Assembly (NCBI GenBank): GCA_040954595.2
Contig: CM082579.2
Coordinates: 616,922 to 680,921 of the forward strand
DNA length: 64,000 nt
Source: Balanoglossus misakiensis
Taxonomy: Eukaryota > Animalia > Hemichordata
Direction of reading: 5' to 3'
The notes under the pieces are model-generated. The model made no database searches and had not been told where the DNA came from. It saw only the letters and a list, made by a program, of their open reading frames with translations. Both the position numbers and the translations under genes were made by a program. Shown here piece by piece: positions 24,104-55,593 of the stretch. Each line of letters starts with the position of its first letter. Within the stretch, counting starts at the first letter, position 1.

Positions 24104-27100
24104 AACGACTGGAAGTCGGGGACAAAAAAGAGTCGCCCTTTCCCAAATTCCAGACTTGTCCTTGAAGCATTTATTTCCTGATCATCAAGGTCAAAGGTCA
24201 ATGCATATTGGCATATATCCATGACTCCCCATGAATTCCCAATAAAAACCTTTAACTTGCTGTGTGACTGGCCATGAATGTGGGGAAATTGCTTCAAGTT
24301 CCTCTGAAGGTAGTAAGGGAGATATAAAAATCATAAAAATGAAGGTTGGATTTTGGAAAGGGCAAAATAACACTTTTATATGTGAGTGATATGTCAGTGT
24401 CCGTGCAAAACTGGCCATTGTCTAGCCATCATGCCATGTGTTCTTTCCCCCAAAGAAACTGTAAGTTATCAAAATGATTAGCATAAGGGACCAGATTGGA
24501 TATTGTGGAAAGAAAATAAGCATAATAGTTTAATCCCCAACATTGAAGGAAACATGTGATTTGTTACTACAGGATTGCTGGTGATTATTTCTGTGGTGTT
24601 GTAAATGTACTACATTGGACACATTTACTTAATCTTGTCTCCTTTTAGAACTTTCTCCAAAACCTAGACTTGATGTTTCTTGTTCATCTTTTATCTAGAT
24701 GTATTGTGTCTTACCTACATTATCAAATATAGATGTACTTTGAGAAAGGAAGTATCATGGTTCAGTAAACCTTGTTGAAGCACAAACATTGGCAACCATT
24801 ATATGATCAGCATGAGAAACTTTTTTCATCACCATAATCATGTCATAATTAGAACCGATTAGTCATTATTAGCATTGCACATTTACAGAAAATGATGTTT
24901 TGCATGAATATTAGTTGGGCAGTGCAAACATGTGGGATTGGAGTTTATACACATATTCCGCAGTGTGACACACAACATTGTATTATTTTAATTTTGTAAA
25001 GTTTATTCTTGTGGACAGGTGCTATTGATAAATTTTTTTCTCAGCGCAAGTGTCATTTTGGCCTTTTTTTCCAGATATTTGATAAAAGTAAATATCTACT
25101 TACGAACTGTATGCATTAAATGTGTTATAATTATTTGCAAAACTGAAAAGTGGAGGTGTCATCACATTATACGCATGGAAAATACTCTGAATACATATGT
25201 TGTATATCAGTGTGGCATATATTTCACAATTGAATTGTCAATATTTTACTCCATAGGTATTTATTGTTTTGTACGTTACAGAAGTATAGTGAATGATACA
25301 TTTTGTATTTTGTGATACATAAGAACATATCCTGCCAGACCTGTCTTTGAGTCATATTTGTTTATATCTTTTTCTTAGAATTAATCATTCGTAAATAAGT
25401 ATTTGAATGCAAAGACAATCTGTGTTAATTTAATTTGCATCTATAATTGCATCACTCATATTCACACAAGTTGGACAGATGTTCTGTTTTTGTTTGTCCA
25501 TTTCAAACATTTGCATATTGATTGACCCACCACCTGTCTCCCCAAGTATAATGGTCCAATCACACGATTGGAAACAAAGGGGTCGGACCAAAATTAAGAC
25601 AGGGTGGGTTTCAGGAAAGTCAACCACAGAAAATGTTTCTGTTGTAATTGTTTTGTTGTAGCTTTCCAGGAAGGTAGTAACTCCCACAGTTAATGTGATT
25701 ACTGTAGCTGAGATTCAAATAAATATGATCAATATTGATATATCATGATAAACTGGCTATTTCATATGCCTTCATTCTGCTCGTCCCTTTTGCTTGAGTG
25801 TTGTTAGAGTGAAGTTGGCCCCAAGTGACTGGAAGTCGTACTAGTTGTGTCAACCAAACAATCAATAAACCAGCTGAAAATATATATTCCCCGACATTTC
25901 ACACGTCCTGTTTTGATCCAAATGCACAATGTGTAAAAAAGCATTTTGCCCATGTTCAAAATACAGGGACTTCAGTCATACCAATGTGTGTGAACAATTA
26001 CGCAACAGAGTACATTATGCGACTTACATGTTGCAACATCTGTGATCTTAGTATGAAAAGCAACGTCTCATTCACATCAGCCAATCACAACAGTCAATAC
26101 TAGCATCACAAAACGCCCCTGGTGAATGACGCATTTTGATTGGATAATTGAAAGCCAGTTCAATTGACAGGTGGTCAGTGAGGCCCCACTTCCATCATTC
26201 GAAACTCAATCTTTGACGGACAAACATCATGGCTGAAAGCAGTGACCTATTTGTCACCCACAACAATTTCCAACAACCGAGTGAAAGTGAAGGTCGGGAC
26301 TGACGATATGGACTGGATTTTCCAGATTTTGACAGCCTTTAAGATGATGTACATAAGCCATCGGTCGTGGAAGTGACTTGACGAAAATCGGGGGTGCCTC
26401 TTCTCCATGCTTGCAGTCCAATTGCGCACATCCTCAACAGTAAGTAACAGTTTTCTGTCATTTTTCTCCCGAAACATTAAGATTTATAGTTATTCTATTG
26501 ATTAGAAAGTTTCGATTGTGTATCAGGAAGGTACTTTAAGGAAGTTCTGGTTCGTCAAAAAAATGAAACTTTTCGGGTGAAACCTTGTGCGAGCTGGGTA
26601 GAAATGAAATCCAAACAAAAGGTCACGCCCAGTTCAGAGATGGCAAAGAAAGATGGCCGAACCAAGCATATGCACCTTGAAGCAGTTCTTCCTGGAGGTG
26701 GTGGCATTTCTTTCAAAATGACCATCTTGTGTGTTGTGAGTGTATGTTATTATGCCAGGCGCAGTACAATATCCAGACATTGCACTGCACCAGAACTATC
26801 TCAGCAGACAACATGCAATATCACAGATAATGTCCCAAGAGAACAAAGAGCCTGGCCACATGTAGTGTTGCAAATATGGATATAAACAATCAGAACAGAC
26901 ATAAATGTGTGCATTTAACATGTGCTTTTATTTCACTTAATTAATACATTTAGTACCACATTTACACAGTAAACTTTAGTTTTCAGAATCTTAAAACTCA
27001 TTCAGCAGGGGCAACCAACATCCACAGGGAATAGGGAACACAGCCTAGCCTTGGCCAAAAAAAAAAAAAAAATTCAATGCAAACAATTACCTTTGCTCAG

Positions 27101-29639
27101 GAAAAACTGGCATGTCATCTTCTGGTGTTAAAAGTTGCTTAACAAGTAATTTACTGTAATAGAAGCTTTTCCTTAAGTTGAAAATCGATAACTGTCTAAT
27201 CTCAAGTGTTAACTGCATGTTTAACAAGTTGACTTCTGTAAAAACCTTTGAAACCTTTGAAACCCTACAATAGGATGAAATAGCATGTGTTACATGGTTG
27301 TTGATACCAAAAATGTTTCATTGTCCAACAGTGTGTCCAACCATTTAATAATCTGACATTTTTCACATCAGATATTGACTGCTCATTGAAATGGCATCCA
27401 ATATGTAGTTGGGTTCTGACAAATGTAAATAAACTTTGTTGTTGAAAATTGCACAGTCATGTACACGGCCAAAAAGAGAACAGTTTTTGCACAGAACTGC
27501 TGATTATGAAAACTACAGAATGTGAATTTCTATGAACATAAAAATGTCCTGTTTATTTGCAATATTTGTGCCAAAACTGAATGTCTTGTCTGTAAGGAAA
27601 TGGTAACTTTGCATGTATTCAGGATGACTTCCAACAGACTGATTCTTCTTACAAGAATTTCAAAAATGGTTGGAATTTCTAAAATATTTAAAATCATACA
27701 TAAAATTCAATGAAAGTTATTTTTGTTTGAACTAATCCAGCTAGGTTGGGTTGGGCAAGTATTAAACATGGTCAAAAATACTGGTACCGACAGTCTGTGT
27801 CCAAATTTTATTGGCTGGCCATGTTACAAAGAAACAACTTTACACATAAATAGCAAATATTTTGTCAATCAGATAATTTACACATAAAACAAAGATTACT
27901 GTTTTTACTGAAAAGATGTTCAAAATAAGAGCCTCAGAATACAAAGCATGCAACAACTTCAAAGAAATCAGTATAAGTTGTTTAATACTTCTTCGGATGC
28001 AAAACTGGTTTTGACTGGTTTTGGTTTGAACTGCTTGAGTAGAAATTATAATTAGCTTCTACACTGCAGCATATTTTAAAATCGATGGGAATATAGATTA
28101 TAAGAAAATATGACCTATAATTTTTTATGATTTTTTCACTAATTGCCCTAATTACACATATGGGATGCATGTCTGTGATGAAAGAAATATAAATTTCATG
28201 ACTTTGCCTACACATGAAAACTTACACAAAATTATTAAACTCCTGTCTGAACTGGTTAAGAAACATTGATCTAGTGAGTGGGCAGCATCAACCAATTGCA
28301 TGTAACATTGTCTTAATGTGTATAAACTGGACGAAACTGTAAGTAGTACTTGTCTAGTTTTACTGACACGTTTCAGTCAGAAATTATCCAGTCAAAACCA
28401 GCATAAACCAGTCAGAACCAGATGGCAGCTACAGAACGTTACAATATCCCATTTCTTGTGCAAGAGACAGGCAGTTGACATCTCAACTGAACTGCGAGTG
28501 GCTATCCTTTATAACTTGTACCTTAATAACTACTGCATAAAAGAACTACATTGGGGTTGGGATGCACTAATAAACAAATATACACTCTTTAATAACAAAA
28601 GCGTTGTAAATATAAAATATTGGGCATCCTGCCATACAAGACTTCATTGGACTGATATGCTACGATTTTACAATACATTTTATGAAAATAAATAAAATCA
28701 TAGATCTTGGAATCATTGGAAGTTAATGCTTAGCTTAGAGATTTTCTTCAAGGCTTCAAAACTGAATGAGCTGAACTGCTCTGTAAAATGAAGATCAACA
28801 AAAGTCAAAATGTAATTTTCGTACGTTCTCCTCTATATGCAGCACATGACCGTGGATGTCTCGGTCTTTGAACTACGAATGACTTTCATTTTGTTACCAA
28901 ATCATCCAAAGAATTCACAAATATGGTGACAGTATTTTGGTTCTAATGCTGTTCCATTCACAGGAAAGAACAAAAATGTAAGATATGATTCTCAGAACAA
29001 TTACAGAGTTTGCAACATAAAGTCATTCAAGAAGCCTATCATCTACATCGAATTTCACTTATCAGTTTGTATGTCATTTGTGATCTACGCCGAAAAAACT
29101 AATGACAACTAAATCTCCGAACTTTAGACAGTAATATTAATTTCACAGTAGAATATCTACACCACAATATTCACAACATGTTGGAGAAAATAAAGTTCAT
29201 AAAAGCACCAGCAACAATGGCAAAAACATGAAATTATACAAACCACTGCTGTCAATTTGAAGCAAAGACTACATACCGACATTCACATGTGTACAAGTGA
29301 TGAATAACTCTAGATACGAACTGAATATGTCTAAAACTTCTAGATACAATTCGTTTTCTTATGGCAGACTTTTTAAAGTTTCGCAAAGGGGTAATTTTTT
29401 TCTGCTTATATGTCATGTTATCTCTCTGATCCATCAACCATAACTAGATTCTGCGTGATTTGATTTGATTTGAACTCAGGTTTGGAATGAGGTCATTGAG
29501 ACCCACGGCATCTCACAGTCTGTTTTGTCACTATTTCCTTAATCTTGTCAGAGTTCATGGTTTAGGATGGAGGTCATGGAGACAACAGTTTTGTAGTCTG
29601 CAAGAATGGCAAACTCCAACAGGAGCCATGACAATCACT

Positions 29640-46073
<16,434 letters not shown>

Positions 46074-46340
46074 GGTGTCACCTAAAAGTTAAACTCTGTG
46101 TAATCACAACAGATTATTCCGTTGATAAGAGGGCCAACAAGGCCAACTTGATACAGAAAATCGTGCGATTTTCCACGAAATTTGACACGTTCAGCGCAAC
46201 TACGGTCAACCCTAGCACGAAAATAATGATGTCATGTGACGACTACATTTTCTGTTGTATGGCGTAAGAGGGCGGTGTATATTTGGCATCAGCATAGAAA
46301 GTATTCTATCATTCCACCACATGAGGGCGCTCGCGGATAC
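46074..46340 (-). promoter_or_regulatory. JIP3 5' UTR/promoter region
   Basis: CpG-rich stretch upstream of the ATG, with GACTACA near 46241, GGGCGG near 46270 and a CTCF-like CCACATGAGGGCGC near 46317. Confidence 0.5.
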
Positions 46341-49300
46341 TGTTACTGTTCACACATGCTGTTCACGTGGATAAATGCCTCGATGCGCGATGTTTAGATC
46401 AAGAACACTTGCTATAAACTAGTCTGTTTCTTCATGTGGAGGCTGTTTTCTCGCATGTTGCCAGGAAGAACGTTTGTACTCTGTGCAGACGCTCAACTTG
46501 TACAGTTGTTTCTGGTCTCCCCGTCGAAATAATTTTGCTTCAGTTGGCTACTCGTCTGTAACTAGCTACCTGATGTCGATGTCTGTCATCAACTAAATTG
46601 TAGGTCGAAATGACAACGTTGCTGAAGCTAAACGTTTTTGCGAAGGCTATGCATAATATCTGTATATTACGACGATTTCCTATTTTCGTATTCCTGTCTT
46701 AATCCGTTAGATTTGGCAGCTAATTTTGTTTTATCAACTTCAAACGTAAAAGACGTAACTTGCTAATACATTGCGACTCGCTCTATCCTTGGCTGGGGTG
46801 GATGGAGTTTAAAATTAAACAAGGTTTAATTCTCACCACGATCACGTTCACCGTGTGTAACAGGTTTCAGAAACATATGCGTTGCATGTTCGAGTTATAA
46901 ACAACATGACCATGATACAGGATATAGACACTGAACACATGTTTGGGTTGTGACATCAGCTTGCAGAAACTATAAACCCGCCTATTGGTCACGTGATACA
47001 TACTGGCATCAGTGGTGTGCGAAGCAACGACGATACCCGTTAGACCAATAATAGCAGACTAAATGCAACTGCAATTTGCGTTATATCGAAGTGGATATTG
47101 GATCGCTTAATGTCAGAATATTCTCCAGGAAGATAAATATGGATTGAGAGATTTTAGCAGTGAAAGGATGCTAGCTGCTAGGAGTGCACGAAATTTTTCA
47201 TCAGTATATGCGTCAAAATACATGGCCGAATCGAGCGACATGTGTTACTACATCAGACGAACATTTGCCATCCTCCTTAGGTAGGTCCTTATCATGTACA
47301 CTTTACACAGTGCCCACGGCAGTGTAAACAAAACTTCAGAATATTCGTGAATATTCATGGCCGTTCATCACGGCATACAGAATTTTCTGTTCTATTTTAT
47401 ATCTAGTTGATATAAGCTGGTCAATGAAATATCGCGTAATACTGGTAGTGCAATATGAATGTACTCGGTTATGACTAATTAGAGAATCGAAAGCTATTGT
47501 CATCTGGCAGGGTCGAAGAACAACAGCGAGCTCATTTCGTCCAGATCCAAATCCATATTGTTTTCTGTAAGGGGAAAGTTTGTACCTCTGCACAGGAAAG
47601 CGGTGGTGAAACGGTTTAACACCAAAAGCACTGTTTCATGCCCGCCCGCATAATTTTCCAACCATCAAAATAAGATACACTACATTTAACTATTAAGATG
47701 CTATAAATATACTTACCTGTATAACCGGCAAGTATGAGCGGGTTTCATTAAAACTCATTAGGGAGCTATGTAGACAATTCTTAGATACATTTAGGAAAAC
47801 CGCGATAACATGTTTTACTCATTATTAAGCGCAAAGTGCGTCGTTTTTTTGCGTATCTAATGCAACTCCGCTGTCAACTGTTAATAATGAGCAGTGTCAG
47901 ATAAACAATGGATTTTTCATTAAATATCAGAAATAAAATAGCTATTTATCACAGGGCTTCGTGTCACGATATTGAATTGTGGCGATATTCAGTGAGTGCA
48001 GAATTATTAAATAGATATCATCGCGACAACATAATGTCCCGAAATAAATAGAGAAATAACTACATCAATAAATCACCCAATAAATAAACAAACACGATTT
48101 GTTATTTTCGATACATTATTGACACGATGAATTGACCCGAGATTACTTTTATGTCAATAATTATTTACAGTATCAGATGCATGTTTTCTGTGATTTAACA
48201 TTTTTCTACAGCAAAATTCTGTGATTTATTAAAGGTACATATACCACAAACAACAGCTGTAATAGCATTGAAACTCGATAATACATTATGAAAAACAGAT
48301 GCAATATAGCAGAGAAGCCTGTATATACAGGCATTTGAAGTGTTGACACAGATATACTAGATGTACCTTCAAAAATATAGACTCATTCCTTTAAATTAAT
48401 TCTTTACTTCATTATGGCTTTGTTGTGTACATGTTGACGAATCGTCACTAATGGCAACATTTGGCCGAAATGTGCATAGGAATCTTATTTGCAAGACACA
48501 CGAAGCAAATGCTCAACAGTTATTCGCGTCTCATGATATTGCTTGCTAATGTGCATGTAGATCCCAAATGACAAGTTCGTCTAAAACTAAAATCATTCGA
48601 TTGTTCCCTAAACAGACTAAAAAGTCTGTAAACTTTCGAGGAAACTGCAGTAACCGATAGAAATCGTAGTTGATCTTAGTCATGAAACTCTACGTGCAGA
48701 CGAGAAACTGAACTGCTGAAAATTTGCCTTTAGAGTTAAAAGTTTAAAATACTATCGAAGCTCAAGTACGCAACACATAGTTCAATATTCACCCAGTGCA
48801 ATACAAGTAAAGGTCTGTTCCATATTTAAATGCAAGTTTCCATCTACATCTTGATCGTTAATAGTGCTTACTGCCAAAGTAATTGCTCCCTTTTCGATTG
48901 CAACGGTGTTTCTGAGACAGATTTATTACATCGAGGATCGCCTTCTGCATCTTCATTCAACACCAAGGCACCAAGCGCGCAGTCAAACATACTGACCGTA
49001 CGTTTTTGCAAGGACATAACCCTTGAATTTCAAAAGAGACCCTGAATTAATAAATAACAGACATAGAACACTTTCCCCATTGTCTTTGTGAGTCGGGGAA
49101 ACGGTCTAATTTCAGAAAACACATCTGGGGAATCACAATGGTCCACAGCGAGAGACCCCTTAATAAATTGCTTCTATCTTCTGGGAGGTGGAATCTAGTT
49201 GATTATGTTAGATTTATTGCAGTGTCAACGACTGAACGCTATTGCCACATCAACAGACGTCCTCGGAAGTCGATAGAATTGGACGATGATACAAAATAAT

Positions 49301-50260
49301 AAATTCTGCATATTTCATCGTTCTAATGCATTTGATTAATGATGTCGAGGGGTCCCATAGATCTTTCTTCTTTCAGCGCGCAATCAATTCAACTCGCAAA
49401 AGGTGACCAGCCAACATTCAAAACAGTTCCTATTGCGGATCACACTGAATTCATTTCAAATATATGCCACCGTACTTAAATGCTGCGTGTGGAAGTCACC
49501 ATGCATCGTGTGAAACGGGGAGTACTGCATTAAAAGGTCAAATATACTTATATTGAAAGTCATATTCAACATCAAGGCTTTCTGCTCTTGTAATGCAAAT
49601 TTTATACATTTGTATGCATTTTATCTATTAATCTACGCCTGTTTGTGATAAAGCGATGCAAATTCATTCGGTGAACACAACATACACGAAAACAATTATA
49701 TTTATTCATACACTTCCGACTTGTAGAATATAATGCTCTGCAATGGTGGACACTTCCGGTTCGATGTTACTGATGAGCTATTAGGACTCGCATGAATCAT
49801 GGACTTTTTCAGTTCGGGGATCATGCAATTAATCACAAAACCCCAATTTTTAGACAGAAGATCATGGGTTAGGACCGTCTGTATTTGTGTGACCCGTTAT
49901 ATAATTTTTAAATTCCCCAAAAGGTTAGATAATCCTTCAAAGGTCCGAGAGACAATCACTTATTTCAAAACATGACGTTGCTGTCACAGATGTACCATGT
50001 GGCCTTCCACGCACGCGTAGATTTGTGAGGAATTTTTGGCAATTTGAAACAGCTGGTCTGTTCACATAATGATAGATGGTGGTCACTGAAATGTTAAACA
50101 AGTAAACAGCCAATGACCACAAACACCACAAAATTCAAAAATACAGTACATCATGAACTGCGGCTCCGATGTACATCGTATTATGTATTCATAAGGCCGT
50201 CACCACTGCCTGGCGATAGGTGTGGCAATACACATCGTATGGAGGCCAAATGTCTAGACA

Positions 50261-50274
50261 GTTGCCATGGTGAC
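50261..50274. promoter_or_regulatory. RFX X-box GTTGCCATGGTGAC upstream of the Cys-loop channel gene
   Basis: Near-palindromic match to the X-box consensus about 1.6 kb before the first recognised exon. Confidence 0.45.
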
Positions 50275-51877
50275 ATGGTGTATTAAGTCGTCATGATGAT
50301 GTTCATAGTAATAAGTGCAAGTTACCGTTGCGGAATGGTATGTTTTGTTGTATTGTTGTATTGCATAAAAAATGATATACTATATTGGCAAATTTGTCAT
50401 CAAATAATTAGTTATCAAATTGTTTCTGAGTGTTATCTTGCGTCTGCGTGTAAAGTGTTCATTCCGTGTATATATTTATGCAGTAGATAAAGCAATCAAG
50501 GGAAATTAGCCCCTTTGGGATTCCTGTATCAATAACACTTGTGAACGGAATATTCCTGTTCTGAAGTTCGAATGTCTCTAAATTTTGCAAAAGGTTCAAA
50601 TGTCTGCGAAGTATACTCATCAATCACTTCACAATGAGATTAAAATGTGTCGAGTCTATCGATCATTATATTCATTGCGGATTTTTTTCTCAAGGAAAGA
50701 ACTTCAAAGATGCCGGGGTCAGTGGCAACAGTCTTGTCCCGTCTCGCTTCACTTCTTCGCTGTTATTAGTCTGCGTTGCATATAGTGTCACATATGCGCA
50801 GAGTGCCACTAGATTGTCGACCAATCGCGGGATATACTGCTTGACTCGTTTTCTGTGAAACGCTGACTCAAAAGTATACTTGAAAATGATGAAAAGTTTC
50901 AAACACTACTTTCCAAGACGGCATTTTGAAGAAATTCAACCTTCACCTGAAGTGGCGTGCATCCATCTAAATTGATAGTGACATTTTTATATTGGAAGCT
51001 CAGCATAAAAATAAATCATCAGAAATATCATTCGCCAGAGGCTATCATATTATCGAGAATTATGATTTGTTTTGGAATGCCACGTGACTCATTTGAAATT
51101 ACGCTTTTTTCAGTGTGAGATGTCTATATTCCCGGACTTATATTGCATCACAATATATCATTTTCAGTTGAGTTCTTGTTCCGGCAGCTGATGATTGATT
51201 GTTCAAAGTCAGCTCCTATGGCTACGCATGAATCTACGTTGTTGATGTAAACTAACCTGCAATGAAAGTGAATCGAAGCATTACGATGAATTTAATGCAA
51301 CGCGGAGACATTAGGTGCATTATTCAAATCCTGGATGAACTGAAATCGTTGTTATTGATCCCACATAAGACATTGTTTCACTTCCTAATGTCTATCTAGA
51401 GTATACAAACTATCGAAGAGGGTTGTTTGGTAAATCCAACAACATGCAAGCTCTTATCCCCCCTCTACAGCCAATGCTCCTTATGATGTTTAATGCATAA
51501 CAAGTAAACAACCATACCCATCCGATGTGATCCGCAATCACTATGTTCTGATACATGTATGTTGACAATATCATGATACTCACAAGAACGTCAACAAACA
51601 GCAAATGCATGCAAGACAATATCAAGCTAACGTCACAAAAATGATAGGCATTTAATTTTTATAATTATCTTCTCATTCACACAAAAGAATTTGGAAAACT
51701 AAGACAACCAGTTTGGCAACGTCCATATGCTATTGCGAACTGTCCCGTGGTTAAGATTTTTGTTACCTCGCTTCAAACTAACAGCAGACGAGGCAATAAA
51801 GTCATATATTATCCAGGACCTGCCACGCTGATGCTCAAGATCCTTGCTAACGTCATGATTTGAAATCTGCTTTACAG

Positions 51878-54800
51878 TTTGACGCTCATGCTTCAGATGG
51901 TGATATGCACCATAGACGATGATGATACAGACAGCGAAACCTTACGAGGTGAACACAAGAGAATAATGGACAAAATATCAACAAATGAAGAAATTAGCAC
52001 TTTTCGACCACGACTGAACGGTACGTAGAGTTCTAGTCTTGGGTTGAGAATATCTTTAGCCATCTCGGACAGTTCCCAGGGATTTGTAGACAAAGCTTCC
52101 TATATATTCACGTGTTCATCCTTGCGTCGTTTTGTCTTTCTAATGCTCACGACCTTAAATATGTTTATTGCCTCTGTCAGTGGTAACAGTCCCGTGGGGT
52201 CGACGTATTACTTATGATAACAATTTATTTTGTACTCAATCACTGGTGTTATTCAATATAATGAACAGGAGATCCAGTCGAGACGGAGGTATTCATATTA
52301 TTGCAGAGTTTTGGCAACATTGACCCACTGACTATGGTAAGTGTATTCTAATGAGATTTGATATTGTTTATCATCATTAAATTAAACTTAAGTTTCCAAC
52401 ATAATTGAGCAGCACCGAGGCAGATTTTCTATGATGCTACCTTCGGATTTATACTTTGACAAATTTTTACATATGTCGATAACTCGACCCTTGTGTAGAA
52501 ACTGAGGACGAAATATACTATCTGCATATGCGTTCCCCACTATTCAGCTTGTCAAAAATGCATAGATTCTACGTCTTCGTGAACTCAGCAATACTGGTCA
52601 GACAACACTTCGTTTTAAAGAGATTGTTTCTCATAATCAATCGGGTTGATCGAGTGATTTCATCTTTGTATTCGCCACATTTCGCTTCCGATTACCGTCT
52701 GGTCACCTGATCGATAGAAGGCACAATCAAATGTGAAACATTATGCGTCGTTCTGAGAATCTCAATTCATTATCACCATATGTTTCAAGCATATGTTTGC
52801 CTACGTGGACATTTTTTGAATTAATTCGAATGAACATTTCATTTCCGAAGTTTATTACTGGATTAGCAAGGGTATTATGGCGAGATTGCGTTTGAACTCA
52901 CTGCAATGACCTAAGAATGTGCTTTGGGTAAAATGATTTGAATTCTTCGCAGGGTACGCACCTCTGTACAAAGTCATCAAAAGTGAATCGCATAGTCAGA
53001 ATTATTTCTAGTGTATGATAATTACCTGATAAAGAGTGATACTTATACATTTATGTCCGGCACCATACATAATCTTTCTTGTCTTTTTCTCAACATAAAT
53101 ATTTTTTCCGTCTTTTACTCAACACTACAGGAATACTCAGTTGATATTGACCTCTACGTATCATGGGTTGATGACAGGCTGCAGCACAACTCAAGCGATC
53201 TGATTTTTCAAACGGTGGAGTCCATCAAGAAGTTCTGGCTTCCAGATTTGTATTTTGTCAATGAAAAAGAAGGCACTTTGCATACAGTATTGTCAGAGAA
53301 TATAGCGCTGTTATTGAAGGGAAATGGAACCATTGTTTATGCAACCAGGTGTTATATCGTTTATATGTACACAAACTCTTTATATACACATAAATAGCCA
53401 TGAACATTATATGTAGATAAATGTTTGCCATTATCTACGAATAAGTTCAATACAAGTAAATTGTACTGTATATTGAAATATCTTGTTATTTAAAATATAA
53501 ACAGCATGGTGAAATTTTAGGGTGGCAGTTCCATTAACATGATGAGACAATTTTATTAATTTTTCTTTTTCCTTTATTGGACGTAGACTGACATTGACCT
53601 TGAGCTGTCACATGGAACTTGCGCTCTTTCCTCTTGATATTCAGCATTGCAAGTTAAAAGTTCGCAGCTGTGAGTATTTTGAGAGGGAGGGTGAAAGAGG
53701 GGGAGGGAAAGGGAGAGTGGGAGAGAAAAGAGACAGACAGATACGCATGTTGGACACCTTAAGAACTGAGAAGGCTTTTTCAGGCTTTACAATCAGTATA
53801 TAAATCCATACACAATTGTATTACAGGCATTGAAGAAAGACTTCCACCATCAACCAACACATGTACTATATTTTAGGACAACAAGCCCTCATATGATCTG
53901 ATCTGGATAATTAAGGAAATAGAAATTATTTTAACCTATAGAAGAATATTTATGTCCAATTTTCACAATGTTGAAATCTTCCCACAGATGCTTACAATGA
54001 CGAACACGTGGTACTCCATTGGACAGAAAAGCGTGCACCAATAGGAGGAGATAGAATTATATTACCACAATTTCAATTCACACACAACGAAACCTTTGTG
54101 GGTTCCGTAGAGATGCCTCTTGGTGAGTTTTTTTAGATAAATCTCTGGTGTCAGAAACAGTAGGCTAAAAATGGCCTTATTTGACAAGATACCAGTGCAA
54201 GTTTCAACATTTCATTTTGCTGTCATTTCTTTCACACACAGAAAATACACTAATGAAGGACACAGGTTACCGTCGTTCTTGGCAATAAAACCTTTAAGTG
54301 TCGGCTATATCATGTGGAATCACTTCTGATAATCTTGTGTCCTCAGGTAACTTTTCCACATTAACTGCAGAGTTTAGACTGGAACGTTCCTTGGGATTTT
54401 TCATCGTTAACCTCTTCCTGCCTTCCTTCCTCCTGGTCATAATATCCTGGATATCGTTCTGGCTCCACGTGGATGCCACGGCTGCAAGGGCCTCGCTGGG
54501 AATCACATCAGTATTAACCCTAGTCACGCAAAGTGGATCAATACGATATATGATACCGTCTCTCTCCTACCCGACGGTGAGTAATGGTTGTTATGCTAGG
54601 ATAAGCAGATCCACTCAGTTGAGGATTGGCACAAATTTGCGCCACATCCTTTCAGGGGCTGTTCATCACTTTATTAGTAAATTGTTTAGATGTCACATGT
54701 TATCTCCGTCGAATTACTTCCTTCAGGTTTCCTGACTCGGGCATGTAACATAACATTATTCCAAGAAGACAGCACATATGCTTTTTGTTTTATCGGGTTC

Positions 54801-55593
54801 AAGTTATGTTCACGTGAATAGTGAAGGTAATATTATGCAAGGAATGACACAATTTATCTGCTTATTTTTTTTTTAACCCCAGGCAATGGATCTTTGGTTT
54901 ACAAGCTGCATTATCTTTGTGTTTGCTGCTCTCTTAGAGTTTTCTCTGGTCAATTATTTCTACATTCTAAGTGTTAGAGCAAGTAGAAAAGAACTTGCAT
55001 CTGGGGTACCAGCAACTGACGATGAAGATGAAGATGGTGAAAATCACAACCAGCCAGTAAGTTGATTTTGATTGGTTTAAGTTTCATGATGAGACCAGCT
55101 CCCTTGCAAACTTCTTTCTCTGAGAATGATCTATATATTATATGGGAAGTTTAGATGATTTTATCCACAGTTTCCAAAATCAACTGTCGCATTACATACA
55201 CGCTTCAACATGACGGAATTGACACAAGACATAAATGAACTTAATGATGACGTTGGTTTCCCTTTACAGGAGATGACAGAGCACACCAATAATCGAAATT
55301 TGAATGGACCAATCATGTTTTTTCGGGGCGAAGCTCCCACGTCAGATACAAACCGAGTGAAATTCCGGGCTAACAAGGAATACGACGTGTCGGGCAATGC
55401 TCACAAAAAGAAGTCGAGTAGGAAGACGGAAGCAATGTACAGAAGAAGAGGACGACTTTTCCTGAAAACAGCGACCAGGATTGACAGAATGTGTCGCTTT
55501 GTTTTTCCTGGTCTCTTTGGAATCTTTGCAACGGCCTTTTGGATTGTCTATCCAAGCCTTCGTGGCGACCACAATTTTCATCTACAGCTCTAA
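51878..55593 (+). CDS. Cys-loop ligand-gated ion channel subunit, GlyR/GABA-A/GluCl-type anion channel branch (first coding exon unresolved)
   Basis: Exons approx. 51878-52020, 52269-52336, 53131-53349, 53587-53669, 53988-54122, 54347-54576, 54883-55056, 55171-55593. FRPR, WVDDRL, FWLPDLYFVNEK, Cys-loop CHMELALFPLDIQHC, M1 PSFLLVIISWISFW, M2 AARASLGITSVLTLVTQ, M3 AMDLWFTSCIIFVFAALLEF, M4 IDRMCRFVFPGLFGIFATAFW. Confidence 0.93.

Noticed and set aside
25430-26885. Short ORFs and a CpG-richer patch between WDR77 and JIP3 3' ends
   Set aside because: No recognisable domain, exon chain or terminal repeats; possibly a decayed transposon but unsupported.
50293-50858. Hydrophobic ORFs as the channel's signal-peptide exon
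   Set aside because: No good donor in the phase required by exon 51878.
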